In this document: in pieces, positions 1-10,332 of the stretch
Position numbering within the stretch: position 1 is the first letter of the stretch
Layout of the letters: each line of letters begins with the position of its first letter
Virus record (IMG/VR): IMGVR_UViG_2903109678_000002
Coordinates: 10,656 to 74,655 of that record
Direction: 5' to 3' (one strand)
DNA from: a virus
Taxonomy: Duplodnaviria > Caudoviricetes
DNA: 64,000 nucleotides
The notes under the pieces: generated by a model
What the model saw: only the letters and a program-made list of their open reading frames with translations
Database searches by the model: none
Told to the model about the DNA's origin: nothing
Translations under genes and position numbers: made by a program

Positions 1-410
1 TGCCTTAACAGCGGCTGTGGCATGCGGCGACTTCCCGCCTGCGCGTTAACCCCAACTGGCGTATTTTTCAGCTGGCCCGCCACTCGCTGGCGCAGCAACA
101 GCTGCGGCGTGTGAAGCTGCCCTAACAGCGGCTGTGCCGTGCGGCGGCTTCTCGCCTGCGCGTTAACCCCAACTGGCGTACTTTTCAGCTGGCCCGCCAC
201 TCGCTGGCGCAGCAACGGCTGCGTCGTGCGGGGCTGCCTTAACAACGGCTGCGGCTTGGAATGGCTTCCCGCCTGTGCGTTAACCCCAACTGGCGTACTT
301 TTCAGCTGGCCCACCACTCGCTGGCGCAGCAACGGCTGCGTCGTGCGGGGCTGCCCTGACAATGGCTGCGCCGTGCGGCGGCTTCCCGCCTGCGCAATAA
401 CACCTGACTG
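1..410. repeat. 117-bp (39-codon) tandem repeat, at least 3.4 copies, inside the Afp14-like gene
   Basis: AACTGGCGTA recurs at 54, 171 and 288 (period 117); unit approx QAGSRRTAQPLxxQPRTTQPLLRQRVxGQLKSTPVGVNA. Confidence 0.95.
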
Positions 411-941
411 GCCCTGCTGCTTTGACGCCGTCGCGTCAGTTTGCAGCGCCCACCCTGCCACAGGTTGCGGCACAGTGGCAAAAGTGGGCCAATAGCCATT
501 GCTCAGGTAACGCAGCAATGTCGACCACTCTGGTGGCGCTGCGTCAGCCAGAGGGATGGCTCCTGGCGTATCGCCACTGAGATCCCTGAGACTTTCCTGC
601 TCCTCAGGGGGATTGCTTATCTCACGCCGATCGGCTGCGCCCCGATCCTGGTCGGCAGGAACGGCGAATCTCTCCGTTGGGTCAATCTCCTGCTGCTGTA
701 GCGCCTGTTCCAGCGCGGCCAGCAGCCGTGGCACAAACTGCCAGGAGAACTGCCTAAGCGGCAGCGTGCCAATATCCACTCGTAATGGCTCTGTTAGCAT
801 GGTATCTGCGGGAAGATAACGCGCCAGTAACGCCGCGAGCTGTGGGTTCAGCTGCTGCATCAGCTGGCTCACCTGCTGCTGGAGATAAGCCGCATGCGTT
901 CGTGAGGTGGTTAGCGATACGGTGACACGATCAATCGGCAT
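1..941 (-). CDS. Afp14/Pvc14-like eCIS tape-measure protein, 5' part (runs off left edge)
   Basis: Manually translated from ATG at 941 (CAGGAG RBS upstream): MPIDRVTVSLTTSRTHAAYLQQQVSQLMQQQLNPQL...LRVDIGTLPLRQFSWQFVPRLLAALEQAL...LLRYLSNGYWP; open to base 1. The N-terminal pattern and the position after the baseplate genes fit Afp14. Not in the ORF track because its stop is outside the window. Confidence 0.7.
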   Translation of the reverse strand, partial: MPIDRVTVSLTTSRTHAAYLQQQVSQLMQQLNPQLAALLARYLPADTMLTEPLRVDIGTLPLRQFSWQFVPRLLAALEQALQQQEIDPTERFAVPADQDRGAADRREISNPPEEQESLRDLSGDTPGAIPLADAAPPEWSTLLRYLSNGYWPTFATVPQPVAGWALQTDATASKQQGQSGVIAQAGSRRTAQPLSGQPRTTQPLLRQRVVGQLKSTPVGVNAQAGSHSKPQPLLRQPRTTQPLLRQRVAGQLKSTPVGVNAQARSRRTAQPLLGQLHTPQLLLRQRVAGQLKNTPVGVNAQAGSRRMPQPLLR

Positions 942-995
942 AAGTTCTCCTGTCAGCAGGACACAGCCCAACACCGGCTATGGCTGCGCGCGGGC

Positions 996-3900
996 TTAAT
1001 CGTCCGGTGCCACAAACAGCAGGAAGTTATCGCTCGCCTCCTTGTTCCATGCGGCTTGGTTTTCCACTGTCCACTCTTTAAAGGGTTTCAGTACCCCATT
1101 AACGGTTTCCCTGGCTTCAATAGCCGTAAGCCTCGCCGACTCGGCATGGTCCGGAATGCGCGCTATCCCAATGCCTTCTACCAGCTCGGCCAGCATACCC
1201 AGCGAGAGCATGCGCATGAGCTTCAGGGAGTCTTCCCCGACCGCCATTCCCTGGTTTTGCCAACTGGCATAGGTGCTGCTAAAACTGGCAAATTGTTCGT
1301 CTGTTAACCACAGCACCCTCACCTGAATGTGCGCCGGCACCTCCCCCTGCACAATTTTGCGCACCCGCTGATCTTCGGCTTCAATCTGCTGTGCCGTCTT
1401 ATCTTTCACATTCCCTATGTAACGCAGTGGCAATACCACGCTGAGGGTAAAGGAGAATCGATCGCGCTGTAGCAGGTCGTCATGGGAGGCAGGTTTGACC
1501 AGCGTGTCCTTAGATTTGATGAACCAGTAATAACGGTATTTTTCGAAGTCAACGGGGTCGTCCGCACTGTCTGTCACCGTAATGTTGGCGTAGCCTGTGA
1601 CAGGGTCGACAGCATCAACGGTGGCCTCATACTGATAATCATTGCTGGCGGTACGTTCTTTGGTTTTAGACGCAGCATAGTAAGTACGCTCCAGGGTGAG
1701 CGTATCCCCTTTGCGGAGCACCTGCGGCCACGGTTGATCGCTGTTGGTGGTAATTTTATATTTGTTGGTCCCTGCGATAATCACTTCAGCGTGTTCTTTA
1801 TCCAGCAAGTACTTCATTTCGTTAAGCCAGATATCGCTGAAGCTGGCGTTTAGCGTTGTCTTCGTCAGATCCAGCGCCAAAATCTCTTTTAACACCGCGC
1901 GCAGTTGCGCAAATTTACCCGGCAGTAGCAGGAAGCTGTTTTCACGTTTAGGTGCACCCGTACCTGTTAGCCACAGTTCTTCTCGCACATCGTTACCCAG
2001 TTGCATCACCAGCAGGTTGCCTATGTGTACTTCCGGTTCGGTGCCAATTTTATATTTGAGATCAACCATATGCTTGCGCGTCATGTAGCCCGTAAGCTCC
2101 CTGTTCGTCTCCAGTACCAGGAAAGTTTCCGTGCCTAACTGCAGCTCTTTGGCCTGCGAGATTTTCAGCGGGGCCTGGCCCTGCTCTGGCGGCATATCCG
2201 GCAACAACAGGGCATGTTCCACCACATAAAACGACAGTTGGCGAATATCGGGCGCGGTGCTGAACATCTCCTTGCCGATCCCCAACTGCCCGGCAAGGCG
2301 GCGCTGGAGGGAAGAGACCTGATTGTTGATAAATACGGTGCGTTTGTAGCCGACTTCAGGCACCTGGCGCAGCAGATTCAGGCCGATATACAGATTATCC
2401 AGCAGCTGCTGGTCAGTTGTGATCTGTTTATTGAAGTCTTCAATACCGAAGTAATTTAACAAGAAGCGAATCAGCCGCAGCATGGCACTGAGTTCCATCT
2501 GGTTTATCTCTGCGGTGTTAATTAATTTCTCTTTAAGATCGGCGTCTTTATCGTCGCGATAGACCGCATCCAACACGCTACCTTCAGCAAATGGCCACTG
2601 CGCACCGTAGGCTTCCATCATGCTGAGATGGTCAGTGGAGAGATTGAGCAGCCGGGTCAGGTTTTCCAGCTGCTGCAGGTTGCTGGCAAGGTGCTGCTCA
2701 AACCCCAACAGAAAATGGTGTAACTGACGAACTTCCGGGGTCGGGTCAACTTGCTGTAGCTGGTAGAGCGGTGGCACCACCAGGCTGGCCGGGTAGTAAC
2801 GGCGCAGATGACGATAACGGCCCAGGGGATAAGGCGGTGAGACCTGGCTGCGGGGGGACGCAAAACGCAATGCAATCAGCGACACAATGTTGCTTGCCTT
2901 ACCGGCTATTTGCACCCCGTTACGGTAGATCAACACTTTTTCCAGCATCAACGCTACTTGTTTATCCAGGTCACGACTTGCTCCCCACAGCACCGGCAAT
3001 TTATCTGTTAGCGTCCTGAAGAATTTCTCTTTCTCTGCTACGCCATCAAACGCCAACTCACGCACCGCTTTCACGCCCTCCACCGCCGTCAGCGCAGTAT
3101 TAAAGTGACTGAGTGAAATCACCTTCTTTCCGCCCAACTGGCCGGGAGGAAGTTTGGTAATCCAGCCATAGGCTGCCTTCGGCCCATGGTATTCCCCACG
3201 CGCCAGATCGACCTTTTCCTGACGTTCCAGCCGTGCTGCCAGCACATTTTGCAGCGCCAGATAGAGGTTGGCGTAACACGCATCGACATCTTCCAGCAGT
3301 TCGTCAGCCTCGATCTTTGCTGACAGCGTGATCACCTCTTCTTTTGCGCTAAGCACCGAGACACTCCGGAACACCTCACCCAGGTTGCGATGCTGCTCCA
3401 GATAGTTGGTCAGTTTCTGTTTATAAGCATCGTCATTGAGGTTAAGCCGCGGCAACTGTGAAATCTGTGCCACCACCTGGTAGCTGCCAAACAGCTCCAT
3501 ACGGGGGGGGCCTGGAAGAACTGGATCTTCCGGCTTCTCTTTTACGGGTTTTTTAAACACAAAATTGCGGTTTACGGCATCGTAATAGTAGTGGAAACGG
3601 CCATTTGTCTCGCCATCTGCGGCCACGCGGGGATCGCGCGTAATCGTCGCATCGGCAAAGTAAAAACCAGCCGGCGTGCCTTGATGGTAAAGATCAAGAA
3701 TGCCACGGCGATAATCTTCCGCCGTCACCGGGCTGGTGGTGAGCATCTCTTCCGGCACAAAATTCGGCGGAAACAGCCCGCTGCCCACGGGCGCGTTTTC
3801 CAGCGTCAGTAGATCCTGCAACGGTAGCAGGCAACGGTAGCTGATATCAGAAATGTTCCAGGCCAGCGCCTCCAGCAGCGTAATGCCCGGATCGTGCAGT

Positions 3901-4031
3901 GCGGTATCGGTCCAGGTTTTCCCCGCCAGTTGTTCTACTACCTCGCGTGCATCACGCATCAGGGTGTTAAAGTGGATGTTCTCTTTTTCAGCTTCCACCA
4001 GCGAAGGCGGAATATAGTTATCGCTCATCAC
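996..4031 (-). CDS. Afp12/Pvc12-like baseplate protein
   Basis: 1011 aa; WTDTALHDPGITLLEAL N-terminus, PVTAEDYRR, C-terminal EVPAHI motif typical of Afp12; follows Afp11. Confidence 0.85.
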   Translation of the reverse strand: MMSDNYIPPSLVEAEKENIHFNTLMRDAREVVEQLAGKTWTDTALHDPGITLLEALAWNISDISYRCLLPLQDLLTLENAPVGSGLFPPNFVPEEMLTTSPVTAEDYRRGILDLYHQGTPAGFYFADATITRDPRVAADGETNGRFHYYYDAVNRNFVFKKPVKEKPEDPVLPGPPRMELFGSYQVVAQISQLPRLNLNDDAYKQKLTNYLEQHRNLGEVFRSVSVLSAKEEVITLSAKIEADELLEDVDACYANLYLALQNVLAARLERQEKVDLARGEYHGPKAAYGWITKLPPGQLGGKKVISLSHFNTALTAVEGVKAVRELAFDGVAEKEKFFRTLTDKLPVLWGASRDLDKQVALMLEKVLIYRNGVQIAGKASNIVSLIALRFASPRSQVSPPYPLGRYRHLRRYYPASLVVPPLYQLQQVDPTPEVRQLHHFLLGFEQHLASNLQQLENLTRLLNLSTDHLSMMEAYGAQWPFAEGSVLDAVYRDDKDADLKEKLINTAEINQMELSAMLRLIRFLLNYFGIEDFNKQITTDQQLLDNLYIGLNLLRQVPEVGYKRTVFINNQVSSLQRRLAGQLGIGKEMFSTAPDIRQLSFYVVEHALLLPDMPPEQGQAPLKISQAKELQLGTETFLVLETNRELTGYMTRKHMVDLKYKIGTEPEVHIGNLLVMQLGNDVREELWLTGTGAPKRENSFLLLPGKFAQLRAVLKEILALDLTKTTLNASFSDIWLNEMKYLLDKEHAEVIIAGTNKYKITTNSDQPWPQVLRKGDTLTLERTYYAASKTKERTASNDYQYEATVDAVDPVTGYANITVTDSADDPVDFEKYRYYWFIKSKDTLVKPASHDDLLQRDRFSFTLSVVLPLRYIGNVKDKTAQQIEAEDQRVRKIVQGEVPAHIQVRVLWLTDEQFASFSSTYASWQNQGMAVGEDSLKLMRMLSLGMLAELVEGIGIARIPDHAESARLTAIEARETVNGVLKPFKEWTVENQAAWNKEASDNFLLFVAPDD

Positions 4032-6826
4032 ACAGTCTCCTCTGGCTGGGGTAATCCCACACTGGCATCACTGGGCAGCTTGAGATTAATCACTGCCAGC
4101 GTGGTTTCAATCGCCTGGTATTTATCTTTATCAGCCTGCGTTTCATTTTTGACATCATTCAGCGTGACATCGGTGACATACCGCACATCAGGGTGCTGTT
4201 GCAGCACCTGCATGATGTCATTAATGGTCAGTGTGTCCCCCGGTTGCACCCGCTGCTGGCCATTCAGCCAGGGCATAAAGTGCTGGCGCAGCATCTCATC
4301 CAACTGACTTTGCAGATTGGCCTGGTTGACATGCTCATCCACGGCAACGTCATATTTCACCACAACGTCGAGATAGCAGGGGTTGAGCACCCGCAGATTG
4401 AGCCAGGGAGAAGCCCGATCGGTAATAAACTGCTGAATCTCTTTTAATCGTGCCGGGCTTAATATCGGTTTGTGGGGGTCCTGCCCCTGGTTGATGCCCG
4501 CTTGTGGGATCACCATAATCTCTTGCACGCGATCGGTAACGAATACCGGTTCTGCTGTTGCGCTAGTGCCCGAACTGGCGGGTGGCACTTTCGGAATATA
4601 CAAACCGTCGAGGATTTTCATACCGGGCAGGCGCACATGATGCACATCCGGGAAGTTGGCAATAATCAACTGGACAATATCGCGCCAGTTAGAGGCACGG
4701 CCACGATGCATAACCTGTTCAGCAATGCGCTGCATGCTGGCGGCATCGCTCTCCTGTGCCTTCCCTCCCCAGCCCGGCAGCGGCTGAAGCACGGCAAGCA
4801 ACCCATTGAACGGGACCACCGTGCTGCTCACCGTACCGGCGGGCAGCGGCGTGGCGAAGTGCTCAGGCGCAATACTGGCGGCATCCACCAACGTGGCACT
4901 CTGGGCATTGGTCCATAAACCATTGAACCATGGGTACGGCTCCACATTCGGCTGCATAGCCAGTAGTTTCTGTTGATCAGTGGCGGTGAGATCCTGAGTC
5001 ATATAGACAGGTAGCTGTACCTGATGGTCAGTGAGTTCAAACTTACTGACCCGAAGCCAGTAGCGTCCCGTGGGCATTAGCGTTGTCTCGTGAGCCGCGT
5101 CCGCTGGCAGCGTCACTGCGCCACTGCCGTTACGGGCAAAGTTGCCGGTGTTGTCACTTAGCTGCTTACTTAACGCTTTCCACTCAGCGACACCGTTAGT
5201 CTGCGACAGGTACTCCCACTCCAGCCCATCAGGCGTGAACGGTACCGGCGTCTCGATGGACCAGTAGAGGCTCAGCTGTTGGCCGGGGTGCATATCCGTG
5301 AAGCCGAGATAGACGTGCGGGCTGGCGAACTCCTCGCGGGATTCAGCATAGCCATAGGGCAGCAGCGCGTATGGGGTAAATGCAACGTCAGCAAGGCTAT
5401 AGCTGACATCGACATCCTCCAGACGGGGATCGTAAGGGGGATTGAGCGGCTTATTCTCGGTGATATTCCCCTCTTTAAACGTCTTTTCATACAGTGCATG
5501 CTGGAAGTCAATGGCCCCTAAATTCACCACCAGCGTATTTTCCCCCTCCTTTAGGGTGCGGGAAAAGATCAGTGCATTATCGCTTTGCCTCTCGCCAAAC
5601 AACGAGACCTCTTTTTGCACCAGATCTTCACTCTTGACCTTGAAAACCCCGTTACCCGAGACAGGATTATTGGGGTAGTTGGCGTACCAGGCCTTAAGAT
5701 CCGCCGGACGTCCCTGCCATTTCGGGGTGAGGGTGAGCGTCAACGTCTGGCCGCTGGCGTTGCGCCATGCCGGAGATGACAGCGTAAAGGGGCTGCCTGC
5801 TTTCGGTGCCATACCAAAAAGATAATTTACCTGTTGAACCGGGCCTGAAACGCCATCGGCGGTCGTCACCGTCACGTCTGCAGCATTGACGACGGTAATC
5901 TCCACCGCCGTCACTTTTGGTAACGTCGCGTTAGATTTTTCCTGATAGAGGCGTATCACCGGGTCGGTCAACAACGCATACTCCGCTGGCGCTTCCGGGC
6001 TCAGGCTCGCTTCCAGGGTGGCCGTTAGCGTATTGCCAGAAACAGAACACAGCAGTGGCTGCCATTTGGTGCCGATGCTCACTTCGGCCTTAAACCCTAC
6101 AGGCGAGCTGTCAAACGTCAGCGTTAACTTACGCTGACCCGCGCCAGCCGCTTGCAGGGCGGCAATCACCAACAGCCAACCGTTGCGCACGGTTTCATCT
6201 TGCGGCTGTCCCCGCTTTCCGCCCAACTGGGGCGAAAATAGCCGCACGCCACCCGCTGGCGGTGTGATGCCCGTCGCCACATCAAGCAGGGTACAGGCCC
6301 GGACGGTGTTTGTGACGGTATCAGGCAGCAGCCAGCGAATATCGGTAATACGCGCATGGTTGATCAGCAGCGGGGCATCCAACCGGTAGTTCACGGGTAC
6401 ACCCGCACTGTCTTGCCCGGCACTGAACAGCAGCCCTTCGGGTACATTCAGCGTCTGGTGCTGCTCATCCGGCGTGAGCTGTAGCATCACCTGGTCGGCC
6501 GCTGCGGGCAGCGGCTTAACCCCGAGCACGCCGCGAAAATAGAGATCGCGATGCCGCGCTGGCAAGGTGTTCATCAGCCGGCGCGGGGTTTCCATCATTT
6601 TGAGGAATGCGAGAAGAAACGCCTGCTGCGGCTGAAGCGTACCCGGTGCCGATGCTGCTTGCTCCAGCAGAGCGGCGAGAGATTGCGGTGTCTGACCATC
6701 ATTAAAGAAAACCTCATCCCAATTCTTAAGATCGTTGAATGGGATAGCACGGGTATATGCCTGGAAATTCTGCAGGTGCGTAAGCAACGAACGATTATCA
6801 TAGATAAACTCTTCTGGCGATGTCAT
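4028..6826 (-). CDS. Afp11/Pvc11-like baseplate J (gp6-like) protein
   Basis: 932 aa; LQPQQAFLLAFLKM...PARHRDLYFRGVLG, AGQDSAG, C-terminal GGKAQES...HRGRA baseplate-J motifs. Confidence 0.9.
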   Translation of the reverse strand: MTSPEEFIYDNRSLLTHLQNFQAYTRAIPFNDLKNWDEVFFNDGQTPQSLAALLEQAASAPGTLQPQQAFLLAFLKMMETPRRLMNTLPARHRDLYFRGVLGVKPLPAAADQVMLQLTPDEQHQTLNVPEGLLFSAGQDSAGVPVNYRLDAPLLINHARITDIRWLLPDTVTNTVRACTLLDVATGITPPAGGVRLFSPQLGGKRGQPQDETVRNGWLLVIAALQAAGAGQRKLTLTFDSSPVGFKAEVSIGTKWQPLLCSVSGNTLTATLEASLSPEAPAEYALLTDPVIRLYQEKSNATLPKVTAVEITVVNAADVTVTTADGVSGPVQQVNYLFGMAPKAGSPFTLSSPAWRNASGQTLTLTLTPKWQGRPADLKAWYANYPNNPVSGNGVFKVKSEDLVQKEVSLFGERQSDNALIFSRTLKEGENTLVVNLGAIDFQHALYEKTFKEGNITENKPLNPPYDPRLEDVDVSYSLADVAFTPYALLPYGYAESREEFASPHVYLGFTDMHPGQQLSLYWSIETPVPFTPDGLEWEYLSQTNGVAEWKALSKQLSDNTGNFARNGSGAVTLPADAAHETTLMPTGRYWLRVSKFELTDHQVQLPVYMTQDLTATDQQKLLAMQPNVEPYPWFNGLWTNAQSATLVDAASIAPEHFATPLPAGTVSSTVVPFNGLLAVLQPLPGWGGKAQESDAASMQRIAEQVMHRGRASNWRDIVQLIIANFPDVHHVRLPGMKILDGLYIPKVPPASSGTSATAEPVFVTDRVQEIMVIPQAGINQGQDPHKPILSPARLKEIQQFITDRASPWLNLRVLNPCYLDVVVKYDVAVDEHVNQANLQSQLDEMLRQHFMPWLNGQQRVQPGDTLTINDIMQVLQQHPDVRYVTDVTLNDVKNETQADKDKYQAIETTLAVINLKLPSDASVGLPQPEETV

Positions 6827-6870
6827 AGAAGTATCCTGCGGTCAGGGCCGAAAAAGCAGGCGAGTAAGAT

Positions 6871-7305
6871 TTAACCAGCGGTGACGAAGAATTGAGTGTT
6901 AATAAAGCTGCCGGTGCCGATCATCGGTGACCCAACAGTGGGATCGGGTGTTGAGGCGGGTGGCGGAAGGGTGGCCGGTGTTATGCCTGTGCACACGGCG
7001 ATAAACTTCGTCCCCACGGTAATGACGTTGCCTTTACTGTCACACCAGACCTGAAGCTGGTCGGCGTTTAACGCCTGTATCTCCAGTTTGCAGGTGCCCG
7101 GAACGGTATACGGCGGTGCGATATACGCGGTCGACATCACCTTGGTGGAGAGTTGATTGATATCTGCGGCGACACAGACCTTCAGCGCATTGATGTCGGC
7201 GTGGCCCGTACCGGTCATCACCGCCGGAACGGGCACCACGGTCCGGGTCATAAAAGTGGGGTCATAGAGCACTTTATCGCCGGTCACCACAATAAATTTG
7301 CTCAT
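6871..7305 (-). CDS. Afp10/Pvc10-like PAAR-like spike tip
   Basis: 144 aa; VTGD...GTGHA..KVCV..D...PYTVPG motifs; synteny between gp25 and baseplate. Confidence 0.75.
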   Translation of the reverse strand: MSKFIVVTGDKVLYDPTFMTRTVVPVPAVMTGTGHADINALKVCVAADINQLSTKVMSTAYIAPPYTVPGTCKLEIQALNADQLQVWCDSKGNVITVGTKFIAVCTGITPATLPPPASTPDPTVGSPMIGTGSFINTQFFVTAG

Positions 7306-7745
7306 GCAAATACCCCGCTTCGCCCGTCTGCGACATCCATGAATCCCTCTTCGGTTAGCACGATGTCGGAACCCTGAATTTTGTAGGAAACCTGTAACCG
7401 CAGCACGTTGAAACCCGACTGGCCGGTGCGCAGCACGCTGACATCCTCAAACAGCGCCTCAACGTTGAGGAGTGCGACCCTGGGTTCATAATGGGTAATA
7501 CTCTCCCGTACCAGCGTGGTGATCCGTTGGAGCAAATCCGCATTGACGTTAGCAAAAACCACTTCATGCAGGTCACAGCCGTAACCGGCGTGCATCACCC
7601 GTTCCAGCGGTAAGGTATTAAACAGAATGCGCAGGCTCTGCTGGATATCTTCTACGTAGTTGGCAGCCAGTGCTGCGCCACTGTTAAGGGAGAAACGTGG
7701 CGGGAAGGCCCAGCCACGCCCGTGGATCTCGTCTAATGTTGGCAT
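7302..7745 (-). CDS. Afp9-like gp25/GPW baseplate protein
   Basis: GRGWAFPPRF...DIQQSLRILFNTLPLERVM..YGCDL...YEPRV. Confidence 0.92.
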   Translation of the reverse strand: MPTLDEIHGRGWAFPPRFSLNSGAALAANYVEDIQQSLRILFNTLPLERVMHAGYGCDLHEVVFANVNADLLQRITTLVRESITHYEPRVALLNVEALFEDVSVLRTGQSGFNVLRLQVSYKIQGSDIVLTEEGFMDVADGRSGVFA

Positions 7746-7763
7746 TCTTCACCTTCCCGTTTA

Positions 7764-9404
7764 TTAACCCTGTTTCAGGCTGACCAGCGCCCCTTTCACA
7801 TCAACACCCGCTTTTCCCGCCACTTCTGTTTTCGCCGTGGCATCAAGTTTGATGTTAACTTTCGCCTTGATGGTGGCATTGGTATCCACATCCAGCGTGG
7901 CTTCGCCTTTATTAAGTACCAATGCGCTTTTCACCCCGGCTAACTCCTGCTGTAGCGTGATACCGGTAGTCGGACTGAGCATCAGAGACTGCTTGAGCTG
8001 TTTTTCGCTGTTGGTATGCACAATCCCTACGCCGTCCGCCGGAGTGAGGAACGGTGTCTGATTGAGGGTGCTGTGCATCGAACCGAGAATCACCGGGTAA
8101 CAGGGATCTTCATCAATAAACGCCACCACCACTTCATCTCCCTGTTGCGGATAGAAGCTAAAGCCATGGCCTTTGCCAGCGTAAGGGCTGCTGAGGCGAG
8201 CCCGAATCGGCGTTGGTTTGCTCAGCTGGAGCGCGGGGATGTCAATGGCCAACGTATTATCCGCAGGCAACGGCCCAGAGGGGTTCACACCGATGACCCC
8301 CACATGCAAACCTGGCGCGCGTGGCACGCGCTCGTGGGTTATGGGTGGCGCATACTCGCTGCCGATTTCTAACAGGGTCTCCCAGTCTTCCAGGCCCTGT
8401 GTCGCGGCGGAGAAGCGATGCCTCACCCCCATCACCAGCGCCGTTCCGTCACTGGCAGTACCAAACCCTGCCAGCAGCACGCTGTTGCCGGGCTCAATGC
8501 TGGCATCACCGTGAATAGCCAGCTCTGCGGAGACGGCACTGAGATGGTTCATTTGCAGGCGAGCGGTGGCTAACTCAACCGCTTCGCCCGGATCCAGCAT
8601 GTTATAACCTTGCTGCCAAATGGCGGTGTTTAACGGCTTAACCAGCTTTGCATCGTATGCCATTAACCCCAGCATAGCGGGCAGGCCTGCACCGGGGAGT
8701 AGCTTCTGCGTTGGCACGTTCCAGCCGCCGACGTTGATCCCCTGCGCCAGTTGCTCGTTACTGTGGGTGATGGTTAACCTGCGCAGTCCCTCTTTCCCTG
8801 GGACAAAACGTACAACCGGCGCTGCCGCCAGCGGCTTAATCGCGGAAACTACGCCCAGCCCATTGGTGGCGAGCATCAGGCCACAGGCATTCAGCCGGGT
8901 TTGCACATAGCGCCAGTCAGAACAGTTGAACTGAATCATCTGGGGATGGCTGATTTTCATCCCCTCAACTTTACCCGCTACGATGCCGTGCTGCGTCAGG
9001 ATCAGGCGCAGGATCGCTTCATCCGTCATCATCGGCCAGACCTGGCTCTGATACGTTGACTTCAGCAACTGCAACGCATGGCTGAGATGTAGCTCCAGCG
9101 TGCGGGATTTATCATCCATTGAAAGTTGTGTGCGCGTCAGCCGCCCTGTAAACAGCGCGGTTTTACCCACCATAATCGTGGCCACAGCCCCCGGCAGGAA
9201 CGATGCCAGTTCGGCTTCCACCTCGGGATTAGGCACTTTGCCTGGTTTCGGGCATTGAAGTACCAGCTTTGCTGTCGATACCTCATTGAGTCGGTTGATG
9301 GTGGTCAACTCAACCAGCCGAAACCCTTTGAGTGCGCTGGCTTTTTTCGTGGGCTCAACCAGGACTTTACCTGCCACGGATACTGTTAACTGATAATTGG
9401 CCAT
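7764..9404 (-). CDS. Afp8-like VgrG central spike
   Basis: 546 aa; QFNCSDW, YAGKGHGFSFYPQQGDEVVVAFIDEDPCYPVILGSMH (gp5 OB-fold motif). Confidence 0.92.
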   Translation of the reverse strand: MANYQLTVSVAGKVLVEPTKKASALKGFRLVELTTINRLNEVSTAKLVLQCPKPGKVPNPEVEAELASFLPGAVATIMVGKTALFTGRLTRTQLSMDDKSRTLELHLSHALQLLKSTYQSQVWPMMTDEAILRLILTQHGIVAGKVEGMKISHPQMIQFNCSDWRYVQTRLNACGLMLATNGLGVVSAIKPLAAAPVVRFVPGKEGLRRLTITHSNEQLAQGINVGGWNVPTQKLLPGAGLPAMLGLMAYDAKLVKPLNTAIWQQGYNMLDPGEAVELATARLQMNHLSAVSAELAIHGDASIEPGNSVLLAGFGTASDGTALVMGVRHRFSAATQGLEDWETLLEIGSEYAPPITHERVPRAPGLHVGVIGVNPSGPLPADNTLAIDIPALQLSKPTPIRARLSSPYAGKGHGFSFYPQQGDEVVVAFIDEDPCYPVILGSMHSTLNQTPFLTPADGVGIVHTNSEKQLKQSLMLSPTTGITLQQELAGVKSALVLNKGEATLDVDTNATIKAKVNIKLDATAKTEVAGKAGVDVKGALVSLKQG

Positions 9405-9421
9405 CGCGTTTCTCCCGCAGA

Positions 9422-10156
9422 TCAGTGACCGACCATAAGGTTCTCACCCACCTGGGGCTGATTCAGGCTGTCTAAATCGTTATCAACGGCGGTGCCCACG
9501 TAATCCACGCTGTCGCCCTGCTGTTCGCCCATCGCCGCAGCGGCAGCTGAAGCGGCTGTCAGTCCCGCGATCAGGGCAATCACCGCTGGCAGCACGGTCA
9601 GGTCAGGAACGGTCAGGTTGGGCATACTCAGACCCGCACCGACGGTGGTATCCGTTTTATAGTGCACGCCTTTAATCGAGAAACTGACTGAGGCCTGAAT
9701 CGGCTCTCCTTGTCGGTTAAACAAGGTACGATTGATGGCCAGGCTGGTCATTAATCCTTCATAGGTCGTTGGACCATAGACAAATTTTACCCGTACCGGA
9801 TTCGAGGTCAGCATATCTACCCCATGCACCAGGACCGTTAACGCCTCAATAATTTGCTGCACGGAATAAACGCGTTTTTCAGGCAGCGTGGAATCGAGGG
9901 TTAACGACAGATGCAGGGTCACGCCACTGGTCTGAGTACGCATCTCACTGTCTTTACCACCGGATAAGCTACTGACACTCTGGTAGCTGGACGTATGGGT
10001 GGTATGCAAATTGTCTGGATTGAAATGCAGAGGAATGCCCAATGGAAACAGCAGCAATTCCGGTGCGGTGACACCGACAGTGTAAGACTCATCGCTATAG
10101 CCATATAAGGTGGCTTTGGCGGGAATCATGGTTTTCAGCTGGCTGACGATACTCAT
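9422..10156 (-). CDS. Afp7-like tube initiator/hub protein
   Basis: FNPD..., LSLTLDST, FNRQGEPIQASV, degenerate C-terminal LysM-like NDLDSLNQPQVGENL. Confidence 0.8.
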   Translation of the reverse strand: MSIVSQLKTMIPAKATLYGYSDESYTVGVTAPELLLFPLGIPLHFNPDNLHTTHTSSYQSVSSLSGGKDSEMRTQTSGVTLHLSLTLDSTLPEKRVYSVQQIIEALTVLVHGVDMLTSNPVRVKFVYGPTTYEGLMTSLAINRTLFNRQGEPIQASVSFSIKGVHYKTDTTVGAGLSMPNLTVPDLTVLPAVIALIAGLTAASAAAAAMGEQQGDSVDYVGTAVDNDLDSLNQPQVGENLMVGH

Positions 10157-10332
10157 CTGAACCTCCAGGCTTCATCACGTATTTTTGCCATCACCTGGCT
10201 CATGACCTGGCGCGAAATACGATTGACCAGGTCCGCTTCGGTAACCGGAGAGAGAGAGGCTGCCGGTGGCTGATCGTTGATATCATCAGTGACGCGTGCT
10301 TCGATGATCAGTTCACGAATTTCAATCGTCAT
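10153..10332 (-). CDS. Afp6-like small protein
   Basis: MTIEIRELIIEARV N-terminus typical of Afp6/Pvc6; start moved to ATG at 10332. Confidence 0.8.
   Translation of the reverse strand: MTIEIRELIIEARVTDDINDQPPAASLSPVTEADLVNRISRQVMSQVMAKIRDEAWRFR

Noticed and set aside
1-410. Tandem repeat as a CRISPR array
   Set aside because: Whole 117-bp units are similar, there are no unique spacers, the period is a multiple of 3 inside an ORF, and no cas genes are present.
139-819. Plus-strand ORFs 139-495, 441-701, 556-819 and minus ORF 302-499
   Set aside because: Shadows of the Afp14-like minus-strand gene and its repeats.
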